A stretch of 64,000 bases of DNA from Rhizodiscina lignyota (taxonomy: Eukaryota). The position numbers were made by a program, and so were the translations under genes. Shown one piece after another: positions 63,204-64,000 of this stretch (positions are counted from its first letter, which is position 1; every line of letters begins with the position of its first letter). Where the stretch lies: positions 1,026,453-1,090,452 of the forward strand of contig ML978122.1 in NCBI GenBank assembly GCA_010015805.1, read 5' to 3'. The notes under the pieces were generated by a model, which saw only the letters and a list, made by a program, of their open reading frames with translations, did not search any database and was not told where the DNA came from.

Positions 63204-64000
63204 TGGGGCACGACATGCGAATGTTTATCGCAGCAGTGTGAGGGATACCTGTACCTGGCATGTCTTGGCTGGCGTTGGTGCTTTCGCAGGAACAGAGCGA
63301 TCCCTTGGCATGGAATACGAGTTTTACGAGATCATGTCCAGATTCCACTGTACCAATAATTCACAGGCAATATCTGACGTCTTCCTGTGGCGTTGTAGAG
63401 CCTCATCTGTGGCTGCCCAATGACCGGACGGCAGGTGCATGGCAAGGTGAGCCCGCGTCAAAGTCCCGCCCGAATTCCCAGGTTGTCGGTCGCGAAACGT
63501 CTCGTGACCAGCTCAAATGAGTATTCGCCTCATTGCGTAATGGTGTAAACAAGTGCGCGCAAACACCCGCCAGTTCCTTTTATCACCGACGGTCGTCGAA
63601 GAGTCGCACTGCAAAGCGCTGTGGCATCCAGCTTGGCCGAAGCGGCGCTTTGATTTCTAAGACCGTCCCTCGTGAGCAGCTGCTTGCATTGCGCGCTCTC
63701 CTCTCCTCGCCCGCACGTCAGCCAGCAGTCGTGCGTCAATCCTTCAATCCACCATTGCACCGAACCTCTTCTGCTTTTCTGCTCCAGCCGCGCCTCGCGA
63801 ATCAGAGCATTTGCACTCTCTCCTGCGCGCAGTGCGTCGTTCCTGAATTTTGGCCTCAAGGCTCTGGCGGCTTCCAGCATCAAACGCTCCAACCGCGTGC
63901 GCCTTCGATTGCCCCGCAGAAAAGACATCATCTCCCTTGCACCTTGCCTACCGTATCCTTGACTTAGCCCTACACAACAACCATCTCAGCATCTGCCGCC

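Noticed and set aside
63530..63967. Overlapping ORFs at the window end
   Set aside because: Pyrimidine-rich and motif-free; more likely the promoter or 5' UTR of a gene beyond the window.

Overview
Gene-dense, intron-containing DNA from a filamentous ascomycete (Pezizomycotina-type genes, short GT-AG introns with CTRAY branch sites). About 26 protein-coding genes can be supported. Most are conserved housekeeping genes: a DUF676 lipase, REX3, ERV41, RTC6/bL36m head-to-head with MEF1, SWC3, an ABHD12-like hydrolase, MHP1, RPL5, a YIM1-like reductase, HCS1, FZO1 and DID4. The most notable feature is an approximately 8 kb block (15.2-23.4 kb) between ERV41 and RTC6. It holds an NCE102-like MARVEL protein, an AIG1/Toc-like P-loop GTPase with a coiled-coil tail, a long coiled-coil protein whose C-terminus resembles a GrpE head, and a divergently transcribed non-canonical HSPA12-type Hsp70. 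The three intergenic regions upstream of these four genes share a dense cis-motif (YRAGGC, core CAGCCTCGT), which suggests a co-regulated Hsp70/cofactor/GTPase/membrane module. Other accessory-looking parts are a small secreted Cys-containing protein, an SRPBCC/DHCR24-like divergent pair, and a GT91/GH130-like type II membrane protein next to an AT-rich decayed stretch between FZO1 and DID4. No tRNA, rRNA, intact transposon or CRISPR array was found. Family calls come from motif recognition only; no searches were run.
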